Made by a program: the position numbers and the translations under genes | Source: an uncultured Bacilli bacterium | Lineage (GTDB): Bacteria > Bacillota_I > Bacilli_A > RF39 > UBA660 | Assembly: GCA_944358695.1 (NCBI GenBank) | Contig: CALVRM010000012.1 | Coordinates: forward strand, 11,471 to 75,470 | DNA: 64,000 bases | Reading direction: 5' to 3' | The notes under the pieces: generated by a model | What the model was told of the DNA's origin: nothing | What the model saw: the letters and a program-made list of their open reading frames with translations, nothing else | Database searches by the model: none | Part shown: positions 39,839 through 49,015 of the stretch, one piece after another | Position numbering within the stretch: position 1 is the first letter of the stretch | Layout of the letters: each line of letters begins with the position of its first letter

Positions 39839-40648
39839 ATGAAAAACATAATTGAAATAGATGGATTAGATTTTAAATATAAAGATATTTCCGTTTTTAA
39901 TAATTTAACATTAACCATCAAAGAAGGTTCATTTACGACTGTTTTAGGCGCCAATGGTAGCGGAAAAACCACTTTAATTAAACTTATTTTAGGTTTAATT
40001 TACGGAAACTCAGTAGTGATGTGTAACTCTATTCCCGTTACTAAGGAAAATTTTAAAGAAATAAGAAAAGTGATTGGCTTTGTTGGCGAGAATCCTGAAC
40101 AAAACTTTGTAGCTGAAACCGTGATGGATGAAATTGCCTTTTCATTAGAAAATTTGCAAATGTCACCACAATATATAAAAGAAAAAGTTATGACCCTAGC
40201 TAGGCAATTGCATTTGGAAAATGATTTAGAAAAAGAGCCTCATACTTTAAATGTTCAAAAAAGGCAATTAGTTGCTTTAGCCTCCGCTTTAGCTGTTGAT
40301 CCTAAAATATTAATTATGGATGAAGGCCTCAATAATTTAGATAGTAAATTTCGCGAAGAAGTTTTAAATATTATCAAAAAGTTAAATAAAGAAAATAACA
40401 TGACAGTTATTCAAACAACTGATAACTTAGAAAACTGTTTATTCGGTGATAGCATTATTGTTTTAGACGAAGGCCATGTAGTTCTATCGGGATTAAAAGA
40501 AGAAGTACTGGAGTATGAAGATATAATTGACAAAGCAAAACTCGATTTACCATTTATTGTTGCTTTGTCGAATAAATTAAAATTTTATAATTTGATTGAT
40601 AAAACTTATTTTGATCAAGAAAAGTTGGTTGATGATTTATGGAAATAA
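39839..40648 (+). CDS. ecfA1: ECF transporter energy-coupling ATPase EcfA1 (divergent motifs)
   Basis: Start MKNIIEIDGL. Walker A GANGSGKTT and Walker B ILIMDE. The signature reads LNVQK. Synteny rplQ...ecfA1-ecfA2-ecfT-truA. Confidence 0.85.
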   Translation: MKNIIEIDGLDFKYKDISVFNNLTLTIKEGSFTTVLGANGSGKTTLIKLILGLIYGNSVVMCNSIPVTKENFKEIRKVIGFVGENPEQNFVAETVMDEIAFSLENLQMSPQYIKEKVMTLARQLHLENDLEKEPHTLNVQKRQLVALASALAVDPKILIMDEGLNNLDSKFREEVLNIIKKLNKENNMTVIQTTDNLENCLFGDSIIVLDEGHVVLSGLKEEVLEYEDIIDKAKLDLPFIVALSNKLKFYNLIDKTYFDQEKLVDDLWK

Positions 40649-41490
40649 AGTTTGAAAATATTAATTACTTTTGTAATGAAAAAACGCCGCTAAAAACAGA
40701 AATTTTAAAAAATATAAATTTTACTATCAAAGAAAATACTATTACTAGTATAATTGGTCCAAATGGCTCTGGGAAAAGTACAATATTAGAATTAATTGGA
40801 GCCTTAAAATTTCCAAGTAGTGGAATTATTACAATTGGCAACTACCAAATAAAGTCAAAAAAACAAATAGGTGACATAGAAAAATTAAGACCAAGTATCG
40901 GACTTGTTTATCAAGATCCGGAAAAACAATTTTTTTTAAAAACGGTTAGAGAAGAGATAGAATTTGCTCTTCAAAATTTTAACTTTAAATTAACTGAAAA
41001 AGACAAAAGAGTTAGTGATTCTTTAAGAATGGTTGGTTTAAATGATGATTATTTAAACCGCTCACCATTAGAATTGAGCCGCGGAGAGCAAAGAAAAGTA
41101 GCACTTGCTATGATATTGTCCTTTAATCCTAAACTAATTTTATTAGATGAGCCAACTATGGGATTAGATGCTTCTAGTCGTAAACATTTAATGAAGTTGT
41201 TGAAAATGATGAAACTTAGGTATAATAAAACGATTGTTATTGTTAGTAGTGATACCGATGTTTTGCACACCGTTTCCGATCAAGTATTGGTTCTTAACGA
41301 AGGACGCATTGTAACTTCCGGTGATAAATATACCATTTTTGGTGATTATGATTTATTAAATAAATATCATATAAATATCCCAAAAATCATCGAGTTTTCT
41401 AATTTAGTGAAACATAAAAAGAATATTAATATTGGATATAGAGATGATATTAATGATTTAATGAAGGATGTATACCGATATGTTAAATAA
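40639..41490 (+). CDS. ecfA2: ECF transporter energy-coupling ATPase EcfA2
   Basis: Walker A GPNGSGKST, Q-loop VYQDPEKQ, signature LSRGE and Walker B LILLDEPT. Confidence 0.88.
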   Translation: MEIKFENINYFCNEKTPLKTEILKNINFTIKENTITSIIGPNGSGKSTILELIGALKFPSSGIITIGNYQIKSKKQIGDIEKLRPSIGLVYQDPEKQFFLKTVREEIEFALQNFNFKLTEKDKRVSDSLRMVGLNDDYLNRSPLELSRGEQRKVALAMILSFNPKLILLDEPTMGLDASSRKHLMKLLKMMKLRYNKTIVIVSSDTDVLHTVSDQVLVLNEGRIVTSGDKYTIFGDYDLLNKYHINIPKIIEFSNLVKHKKNINIGYRDDINDLMKDVYRYVK

Positions 41491-42232
41491 TGTCTCCGTG
41501 GGTAGATATTTTCCCATTAAGTCTAACATTCATGAAATGAATCCGCTTTCCAAAATTATTTGTACAACTATTTTTATAATATCAATTTTAATTGCCCAAG
41601 ATTTTCAAGCGATCTGTATTTTGACATTATTAGTAATGGTTATGATTATGAATACCAACATTCCACTGACTATTTATTATCAGATCATTAAAAATTTAAA
41701 GTATTTTTTCCTAGTTGTTTTTCTTTCAAGTTCTATAATAACACTATCCTTTTCAGCAGGATTAACAATCCTAATTGATATTGTTTTAATTGTTCTTTAT
41801 TTGTCAATTTTAACATTGACTACACCACAGACAGAAATAGTTTATGGATTAGAAAAATTATTATGGCCTTTAAGTTATTTAGGTGTTAAAGTAAATACTT
41901 TAGCGCTAAATATTAGCTTAGCTTTACGATTTATTCCAACAATCATTGATGAAAGCAATTATATTTTAAAGGCAGAAGCTAGCCGAGGTATTGATTATAG
42001 AGTAGGTGTAAAAACATGGTGCATTGCCGTAAAAGATATGATTAAACCTGCTATAATGTTATCTTTAAAACATCTAAATGACTTAAAAAACTCAATGGTT
42101 ATAAGATTATTTAGTATTGAAAATAAAAGAACAAATTTTAGAATAAATAAATGGCAAATATTTGATAGCTATTTACTAGTAATACATATAGCTATAGTAA
42201 TAGTTATTATAATGAGAGGAGTAATATTGTGA
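41480..42232 (+). CDS. ecfT: ECF transporter transmembrane component EcfT
   Basis: Start MLNNVSVGRY. Multi-TM protein with the ARG-type coupling-helix region (EASRGIDY). Overlaps the ecfA2 end. Confidence 0.85.
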   Translation: MLNNVSVGRYFPIKSNIHEMNPLSKIICTTIFIISILIAQDFQAICILTLLVMVMIMNTNIPLTIYYQIIKNLKYFFLVVFLSSSIITLSFSAGLTILIDIVLIVLYLSILTLTTPQTEIVYGLEKLLWPLSYLGVKVNTLALNISLALRFIPTIIDESNYILKAEASRGIDYRVGVKTWCIAVKDMIKPAIMLSLKHLNDLKNSMVIRLFSIENKRTNFRINKWQIFDSYLLVIHIAIVIVIIMRGVIL

Positions 42233-42972
42233 GATATTTTATGACATTTGCTTATGATGGGTCCAGGTATAAAGGATATCAAAAGCAACCGAAATTAAAA
42301 ACAGTTCAAGGTGAAATTGAAAAGGCTTTAAAAACCATTAATGGAGGAAAAAAAGTTGATATTCATGCTTCAGGAAGGACTGATGCAGGAGTCCATGCTT
42401 ATAATCAAAAAGCTCATTTTGACTTGGACATGAAACATACTACACCAGAAAAATTAAAGGATGGTTTAAACAGTTTAATGCCTAAAGACATTTACATTAA
42501 GAATATTGAAATAGTAGATGATGATTTTCATGCTAGATACAATGTTAAGGCTAAAGAATATATTTACATTATTAACATGGGAGAATATAATCCGATAGAA
42601 AAAGACTATATTTACCAATATAATCGAAAATTAGACGTTGTAGAAATGGAAAGAGCTTTAAAATATTTAGAAGGTACACATAATTTTAAATCATTTACTA
42701 AAGCTGACGACGAAAAAGAAGACTACACAAGAAGCATTGTACAAACCAATTTGATTAGAGATATTAAAAACGTTAATAAAATAACACTGTCTTTTTTAGG
42801 GACTGGTTTTTTAAGATATCAAGTAAGAAATATGATTGGAACATTAATTGAAATCGGTGAAGGCAAAAGAAAAAGCGAAGACATTATTGATATTTTAAGA
42901 GAAGAAGACCGAAGAAAGGCTGGTAAAACCGCGGCCCCGGAAGGCTTATATCTCAAAGATGTTTTATATTAA
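42229..42972 (+). CDS. truA: tRNA pseudouridine(38-40) synthase
   Basis: GTG start after GAGGAG. FAYDGSRYKGYQKQ and catalytic GRTDAGVHA. Confidence 0.93.
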   Translation: MRYFMTFAYDGSRYKGYQKQPKLKTVQGEIEKALKTINGGKKVDIHASGRTDAGVHAYNQKAHFDLDMKHTTPEKLKDGLNSLMPKDIYIKNIEIVDDDFHARYNVKAKEYIYIINMGEYNPIEKDYIYQYNRKLDVVEMERALKYLEGTHNFKSFTKADDEKEDYTRSIVQTNLIRDIKNVNKITLSFLGTGFLRYQVRNMIGTLIEIGEGKRKSEDIIDILREEDRRKAGKTAAPEGLYLKDVLY

Positions 42973-43065
42973 GAGCCTGTTTATAAAATATAATTATAAC
43001 AATCTTTATAAGCTACAAAAGTAATAGCCTTATCAAAACAAACTAAAAGTTAAAACCCAACGCAT

Positions 43066-43122
43066 AAAAGTCAATAAAAAACATATAATTTTATTGACTT
43101 TTATAATGATTTTTAGTAAAAT
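43066..43122 (+). promoter_or_regulatory. 14-bp perfect inverted repeat (truA terminator) overlapping the rplM promoter
   Basis: AAAAGTCAATAAAA (43066-79) pairs with TTTTATTGACTTTT (43089-102). TTGACT (43094-99), 17 nt, TAAAAT (43117-22). Confidence 0.6.
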
Positions 43123-43199
43123 CATTATTGGTACATTTATTTATCCCACATAAGTAAGTCTTGGGAAAACTTACTAATGTAAAGGAGAAAGGAAAAATT

Positions 43200-43631
43200 A
43201 TGAAAACATACATGCAAAGAAAAGAAGATGTAGCTAGAGATTGGTATGTTATTGATGCTGAAGGTGAGACTTTAGGTCGTTTAGCTACAAAAGTTGCTTC
43301 TATTTTAAGAGGTAAACATAAACCAACTTATACTCCACATATCGATGGAGGAGATTACGTTATTGTTGTTAACGCTAGTAAAATTAATTTAACTGGTAAC
43401 AAATTAAACGACAAGATTTATTACAATCATAGTAGATATACTGGTGGATTAAGAGAAAGAACTGCTCGTGAAATGAAAGAAAAATATCCTGTTGAAATGA
43501 TTGAAAGAGCTGTAAAAGGCATGCTACCAAAAGGTAGACTAGGAAGACAAATGTATAAAAAATTATTTGTATACGCAGAAGGAGACCATCCACATAGTGC
43601 TCAAAAGCCAAAAGCACTTAAGATGGATTAG
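43200..43631 (+). CDS. rplM: 50S ribosomal protein L13
   Basis: Start [20 protein letters not shown] after SD AAAGGAGAAAGG; the ORF-track start at 43161 lies in the leader. Confidence 0.96.
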   Translation: MKTYMQRKEDVARDWYVIDAEGETLGRLATKVASILRGKHKPTYTPHIDGGDYVIVVNASKINLTGNKLNDKIYYNHSRYTGGLRERTAREMKEKYPVEMIERAVKGMLPKGRLGRQMYKKLFVYAEGDHPHSAQKPKALKMD

Positions 43632-43641
43632 GAGGGTTTAA

Positions 43642-44061
43642 ATGGCAGAAAAAAGAGAATTTATTGGAACTGGTAGAAGAAAAGCAGCTGTTGCTAGAGT
43701 TAAACTAATTGCCCCAGGGAAAGGGACTGTTACTGTTAACGGCAGAGATGTAAAAGACTTCATGCCATATGACACTAATATTAAAGATTTAATGCAACCT
43801 TTAGTTGCAACAAATAATGAAAATACATTTGACATTGTTGTTAAAGTAAATGGTGGTGGTTCAACAGGCCAAACAGGAGCTATTAGACTAGGAATAACAA
43901 GAGCTTTATTAGAATATGATAAAGAAAATGAAGCTAATGAAGATAGTTATAGAAAAATTTTAAAAAGAGCGGGCTTTGTTACAAGAGATCCAAGAGCAAA
44001 AGAAAGAAAGAAACCTGGACTTAAAGGGGCTCGTCGTGCACCACAATTCTCAAAACGTTAA
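43642..44061 (+). CDS. rpsI: 30S ribosomal protein S9
   Basis: [12 protein letters not shown]...C-terminal RRAPQFSKR. Confidence 0.97.
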   Translation: MAEKREFIGTGRRKAAVARVKLIAPGKGTVTVNGRDVKDFMPYDTNIKDLMQPLVATNNENTFDIVVKVNGGGSTGQTGAIRLGITRALLEYDKENEANEDSYRKILKRAGFVTRDPRAKERKKPGLKGARRAPQFSKR

Positions 44062-44077
44062 ATTTTATATATCATAC

Positions 44078-44115
44078 AAACATTGGAATTACTTATATTT
44101 CAATGTTTTTTTTTT
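44078..44115 (+). terminator. Intrinsic terminator after rpsI
   Basis: AAACATTG-loop-CAATGTTT followed by T10. Confidence 0.7.
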
Positions 44116-44639
44116 AAGGTATCATATAAACACGACTAAAATTAGTATGTAGCACACATCAAATAAAACTGAAATTAATAGTTTAATTTGTAGATTATAT
44201 TTATTAGTATATTATACAATAACCTAATTAACTGAATAGGCAGTGATGGAATATTAACACATTTTATATAGATAAATCTGGGAGTATAACTAAAAAAATT
44301 AAACTATTACAAAAACAAATATTTTGTCATTTGTATTATGCCTAAAAATACAGATAGATTAAAAAGAGTATTTAAAAGATTTATAAGCAGTAATTTGGCA
44401 ATTTAAAAAAATGGATAAAGATAATAAACGGTTCTATGATAACGGAAAGTTTAAAGAATAAAAAGGAAGTTGTCTTTCTGGTAATATGAAGAGAAAATTT
44501 GTCAACTTTCTTTGTTAAAATGCACTGTTCGAAATTTATTATATAATTTGTGATAACAAGAGAGTCAAAGATTGTTTTTATAATAATACTGCAAGAACAT
44601 TTAATTATCTTTTAAAATTAAACCTTGGACATTTTAGCA

Positions 44640-44892
44640 AGTATAAACAAATATATGTCAAAGAAAACTATCTATTTATTGACGAAAGGAATGTTAGAAC
44701 TAAAACAAGGCAGCATTTAGATGAATATTTAAACACAGATTAGTTACAGGGAGTCATATACAAAAATGATTTTATGTTGAACACTGTCAATCTGAAATTA
44801 GAAAATTAATACAAATAGCAGATGTATTGTCTAATATTTATTATACAAATTTAATTGCAAATAATTGCTTTTTTATGAAATTAAGAAAATGA
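44640..44892 (+). pseudogene. Decayed coding remnants (possibly a DUF3800-like gene)
   Basis: No ORF of 60 aa or more exists in 44062-45000. Broken frames read YLFIDERNVRTKT... and EHCQSEIRKLIQIADVLSNIYYTNL, the latter reminiscent of the DUF3800 Q.AD motif. Weak. Confidence 0.25.
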
Positions 44893-45041
44893 AAATTGAA
44901 AAGATATATATTAGGAGAGTTTGTTTTCCCAATAATATGGCTATATAGGTAAATTCAAATGATAAAAAGTTTGATATAACATGTATGACAGGTAGTGCCA
45001 GTTGTTGTTAGGTGTGTTGTTGGTTACTGTTGTTGGTGTAC

Positions 45042-45069
45042 TTGACAAAAAAAATATTTGTGCTAAAAT
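45042..45069 (+). promoter_or_regulatory. Sigma-A-type promoter of repeat-protein gene copy 2
   Basis: TTGACA, 16-nt spacer starting with A8, then TGcTAAAAT. Homologous to 3510-3537. Confidence 0.55.
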
Positions 45070-45100
45070 AAGATTTGTTTTTAAAAAAGGAGAGGGCATA

Positions 45101-46108
45101 GTGGCAGTACTAAGTGGGAAAAAGATAGAAGCAATTAGAGCAATTTTAAAAGAAGAATTGCAAAAAATTCCAGAATTTGACGTGGAAAGAGCTTACGATG
45201 AAAGTTATAGATATGAGAGAATTAAGTTAAGCACGGGCATATTAGAACAAGTAATTTTTGATGAAAAGAAAGATTGTTTTCGTGACAGTCGACTATGCTT
45301 AATTTTCCCTGTAAGTGAATTAAGAAAACTAAATTTATCAGAAATAGATTTTACAGGTGTTGATATAGGAGAAGCAGATTTAAGCTATACAAATGCCAAT
45401 ATAGATCCACAAACAGTTGATAACAAAAGTTTAATTGGAACAAACTTATCAGGTTTGGATTTAAGAGGTAAAGACTTTACTGGTGTTGATATAATACGCG
45501 CTAATTTAAGCAATTCAGGAGCCGATATAGATCCGCAAACAGTTTCTGGTAAAAGGTTAAGTGGAGCAAACTTATCAGGCTTGGATTTAAGAGGTAAAGA
45601 CTTTACTGATGTTTTTATAGTAGGAGCAGATTTAAGTAATACAGGTGCAGATATAGATCCGCAAACAGTTTCTGGTAAAAGTTTATGGGGAACAAACTTA
45701 TCAGGCTTGGATTTAAGAGGTAAAGACTTTACTGGTGTTGATATAATACGCGCTAATTTAAGCAATTCAGGAGCCGATATAGATCCGCAAACAGTTCGTG
45801 GCAAAAGTTTATGGAAAACAAACTTAACTGGTTTAGATTTAAGAGGTAAAGACTTTACTGATGTTTTTATAGAAGGAGCAGATTTAAGTAATACAGGAGC
45901 CGATATAAACCCGCAAACAGTTTATGATAAAAATTTATATGGAACAAACTTAACTGGCTTAGATTTAAGAGGTAAAGATTTTACTGATGTTTTTATAGTA
46001 GGAGCAGATTTAAGTGATACAGGAGCCGATATCGAAGAAGATATTGCAGAAGAATTTATCAATACAGTCAAAGAATTAGTAAAATCAAGAAATGCCAAAG
46101 CAAAATAA
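45101..46108 (+). CDS. Pentapeptide-like repeat protein, paralog 2 (5 full 42-aa units)
   Basis: GTG start after SD AAAGGAGAGGG. The N-terminal domain, repeat units and C-terminal tail are homologous to 3566-4447. Confidence 0.8.
   Translation: MAVLSGKKIEAIRAILKEELQKIPEFDVERAYDESYRYERIKLSTGILEQVIFDEKKDCFRDSRLCLIFPVSELRKLNLSEIDFTGVDIGEADLSYTNANIDPQTVDNKSLIGTNLSGLDLRGKDFTGVDIIRANLSNSGADIDPQTVSGKRLSGANLSGLDLRGKDFTDVFIVGADLSNTGADIDPQTVSGKSLWGTNLSGLDLRGKDFTGVDIIRANLSNSGADIDPQTVRGKSLWKTNLTGLDLRGKDFTDVFIEGADLSNTGADINPQTVYDKNLYGTNLTGLDLRGKDFTDVFIVGADLSDTGADIEEDIAEEFINTVKELVKSRNAKAK
45374..46039 (+). repeat. In-frame tandem array of 126-nt units, 5 full plus 1 partial
   Basis: Units start at 45374, 45500, 45626, 45752, 45878 and 46004. 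Units 1/3 and 2/4 are near-identical (252-nt super-period). Confidence 0.9.
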
Positions 46109-46337
46109 TTAGTATAATTACAGTAAGAAGAATAAATAGTCAAGGTGATTAATTCTTCTTTTTTTATTTTGTTAAAGTTTTTTGTAATTTGTTAAACATA
46201 GATAAAAATTTGTTAGTGCAAAAGTTCTCTTGACAAATATCAATTTTGGCACCCAAATAATGACATACAATACATGTACACTCCACTAAAATTTTTGGAA
46301 AGGTGTATGATAATATAAAACAAAAAAAGGGGAGAGA

Positions 46338-46665
46338 ATGTTTACAAATTATCAAGAAATGTACTATTCAGCAAAATCAATGGGTATAATTGTTAGAAAA
46401 AGATTAGATATAGTACATATGCATTTGAATGTGGATTTAAACCAACAGCAAGATTCTATAATACGGATAGGAATATAGGTGTAGATGTTATGCACTAAAA
46501 GGAATTAAAGGGCTTAGGGATAGAAGCAAAAGACCTATCCACAGTTCTATTAAAATTGATCAAAAACATATAGATAAAATTACCAAAACAGGTAAATATA
46601 TTACTGTTAATAATATTAGAACAAAAATAAAAAATATTCTGATACTACTATTAACAGATATATAA
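46338..46665 (+). pseudogene. Transposase N-terminal (HTH) remnant, IS481/IS3-like, frameshifted and truncated
   Basis: Frames read ...ECGFKPTARFYNTDRNIGVDVMH* then GIKGLRDRSKRPIHSSIKIDQKHIDKI, the typical G(I/L)(E/K)GL.DRS.RP junction of IS481/IS3 transposases. No DDE core follows. Confidence 0.5.
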
Positions 46666-46788
46666 GAAAAGCATTAAACAATAAGTATTATGAATTAACT
46701 ATTTTTTATGTAAAATTTGTTGTAAAGTAGCAACCTTTACTATAAATATCCTTGAAGAAATTAAAATTTATTCATATAATTTAAAATA

Positions 46789-46862
46789 AGGAAGGATTCC
46801 AAAAACTTATAAGGGGCTGGCGTATGCCAATTTAACATTTGGAATAACAGCTTCCTTTTTAT
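46789..46862 (+). terminator. Long nested hairpin followed by a T-run
   Basis: GGAAGG ATTCCAAA ... TTTGGAAT ... CTTCC then TTTTT; inner TGGC-gta-GCCA. Confidence 0.4.
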
Positions 46863-46906
46863 TTGCCTAAATATCTAAAATTAGATATAATGTATATGGT
46901 GATTTT

Positions 46907-47779
46907 ATGCTTAAAGTAAGTAAAGAATGGAAAGATTACACGTGCATAGATGCCGGAAACGGTGAAAAATTAGAAAAATGGGGTAAATACATTTTAAGAA
47001 GACCCGATCCACAAGCAATGTGGGAAACTAAATTTGATAAAAGGTGGGCTACTGTTGATGGGTATTATCACCGTTCTAACAAAGGCGGTGGCTATTGGGA
47101 ATTTAAAGAAAAACTTCCAGAATGTTGGACGGTATCTTATAAAGACTTAACGTTTAAAGTAACCCCAACAAACTTTAAACATACAGGATTATTTCCAGAA
47201 CAGGCTATTAACTGGGATTTTATGATGAACAAAATCAAAAATGCTAAGCGACCAATTAAAGTTCTTAATTTATTTGCTTATACAGGCGCAGCTACTATGG
47301 CTTGTGCCAAAGCTGGAGCCGAAGTTGTCCAAGTAGATGCTTCAAAAGGAATGACACTGTGGGCTAAAGAGAATATGAGGTTGTGTCATTTAGAAAATCA
47401 GAAAATTAGATTTATAGTTGATGATTGTTTAAAATTTGTTGAACGCGAGTACCGCAGAGGTAATAAATATGATGCCATCGTTATGGATCCTCCAAGCTAT
47501 GGAAGAGGTCCAAACAAAGAAATATGGAAATTCGAGAAAAATATAGCTGTATTGTTAGAAGCATGTTTAAAAATATTAAGTGATAACCCATTGTTTTTAT
47601 TAATTAATTCTTATACCACTGGTGTATCTAACATTGTTCTTGGAAATATGCTCAAAACTACTATGTTGAAATTGTACCCACAAGGAACTGTTGAAACAGG
47701 AGAAGTAGGCTTGCCTGTTATTAAAAATAGCTTAATACTGCCTTGTGGAATATATGGAAGATGGGAAAGCAGTGATTAA
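46907..47779 (+). CDS. Class I SAM-dependent methyltransferase (RlmI/RlmK-type catalytic domain)
   Basis: VLNLFAYTGAATMA (motif I), VDAS, VMDPPSYGRG (motif IV). Confidence 0.75.
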   Translation: MLKVSKEWKDYTCIDAGNGEKLEKWGKYILRRPDPQAMWETKFDKRWATVDGYYHRSNKGGGYWEFKEKLPECWTVSYKDLTFKVTPTNFKHTGLFPEQAINWDFMMNKIKNAKRPIKVLNLFAYTGAATMACAKAGAEVVQVDASKGMTLWAKENMRLCHLENQKIRFIVDDCLKFVEREYRRGNKYDAIVMDPPSYGRGPNKEIWKFEKNIAVLLEACLKILSDNPLFLLINSYTTGVSNIVLGNMLKTTMLKLYPQGTVETGEVGLPVIKNSLILPCGIYGRWESSD

Positions 47780-48425
47780 GGTTGTTTATGAAGATAACCA
47801 TTTATTAATAGTTAATAAGCCAAGTAATATTCCTGTTCAAGCAGATCGTAGTACAGATAAAGATTTATTAACTATGTTAAAAGAACTTTTAAAGGAAAAA
47901 TATCAAAAACCAGGAAATGTCTATCTTGGTTTAATTCATCGTTTGGATAGGCCGGTTGATGGAATTATGGTTTTTGCCAAGACCAGTAAAGCAGCTTCAA
48001 GATTGAGCGAGCAAATCAGAAATAATACGTTTAAAAAAACTTATTTAGCAGTAGTACAAGGAAGAGTACCTAGTAAAGGTGTTTTGAAAGATAAGTTAAC
48101 AAAAGATAGGAAAAACAATATAACAAGAATATCTTCAACAGGGAAATATTCAGAATTAGATTATGAATTATTAAAATATAAAGAAAATTTATCTTTAATA
48201 AAAATCAATTTAAAAACTGGGCGTTCCCATCAAATAAGAGTACAATTTTCTTCACGTAATCATCCATTGTATGGTGATCAAAAATATAATCCCAATACGC
48301 CAAAAGATCAAATTGCATTATTTGCCTATCAAATAGAGTTTATCCATCCAACGACTAAGCAATTAGTTAGATTTTCATTACCAAAGCCAAATAGATATCC
48401 ATTTAATATTTTTAAATGGAATTAA
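47754..48425 (+). CDS. RluA family pseudouridine synthase (no S4 domain)
   Basis: HRLDRPVDG catalytic motif, KTGRSHQIRVQ. Overlaps the methyltransferase end. Confidence 0.85.
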   Translation: MEDGKAVIKVVYEDNHLLIVNKPSNIPVQADRSTDKDLLTMLKELLKEKYQKPGNVYLGLIHRLDRPVDGIMVFAKTSKAASRLSEQIRNNTFKKTYLAVVQGRVPSKGVLKDKLTKDRKNNITRISSTGKYSELDYELLKYKENLSLIKINLKTGRSHQIRVQFSSRNHPLYGDQKYNPNTPKDQIALFAYQIEFIHPTTKQLVRFSLPKPNRYPFNIFKWN

Positions 48426-48581
48426 TTTGTTTAAATATTGTTAGTAAAATTAAAGCTAGTAAAAATTAAAATAGTTTTTTGTTATAACTTAACTGTTTAT
48501 ACTAATAGTAAAGATTTAAGAAAAATATTTATAATAAAATTAGTTGCTCGTGAGAGCAGTTTAAAATTATTTTTTACATTA

Positions 48582-48615
48582 AACTTTAGTTAAAATAAAT
48601 AACTAAAGTTTTTTG
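48582..48615 (+). terminator. Intrinsic terminator
   Basis: AACTTTAGTT-loop-AACTAAAGTT (10 bp) followed by a T-run. Confidence 0.75.
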
Positions 48616-49015
48616 TGACTTTTGATAGCTTTAGTATTGATATGCATTTACAAGACTAATGCATAATACAACCTACAACATAAAGATATGAGTTACAAGT
48701 GGAGTAAGTAGGAAGACTACATCAGCAACGGGAGCAACAAAACTAATACAATTAAAATGCCACTTTTAGTGAAACAAATAACGGCAAACATAAACTATAA
48801 CATATCCAAGTGGAAGTGATAGTCAATAATATCCTTATAATATTGAATAAATATATATTAATAAAAATGCTGAAAATTTTTATTTTACTGACTATATACT
48901 TAGAAATTATTTTTAATTTTTCGAAATAAGGAATACAATGTGCCATATAGTAAGCTCTACTACTTGACATAACAAGGTAGCTGTATTATACTTGTTAATA
49001 CAAGGAGAAATTATT

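Noticed and set aside
45385-45804. Antisense repeat-containing ORFs opposite the repeat-protein genes (4204-4482, 45385-45804, 45922-46143)
   Set aside because: Their internal repeats are just the reverse complement of the sense-strand 126-nt coding units. The sense frame has the promoter, SD, paralog conservation and pentapeptide-like logic.
46164-46355. 63-aa Cys-rich minus-strand ORF
   Set aside because: It overlaps a plus-strand promoter and SD and the start of the transposase remnant. It has no SD of its own and sits in a decayed region. Probably spurious.
48752-48970. 72-aa minus-strand ORF upstream of the PIG-L gene
   Set aside because: It overlaps the plus-strand TTGACA-17-TATACT promoter of the deacetylase gene. 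It is AT-rich and low-complexity, with no SD.
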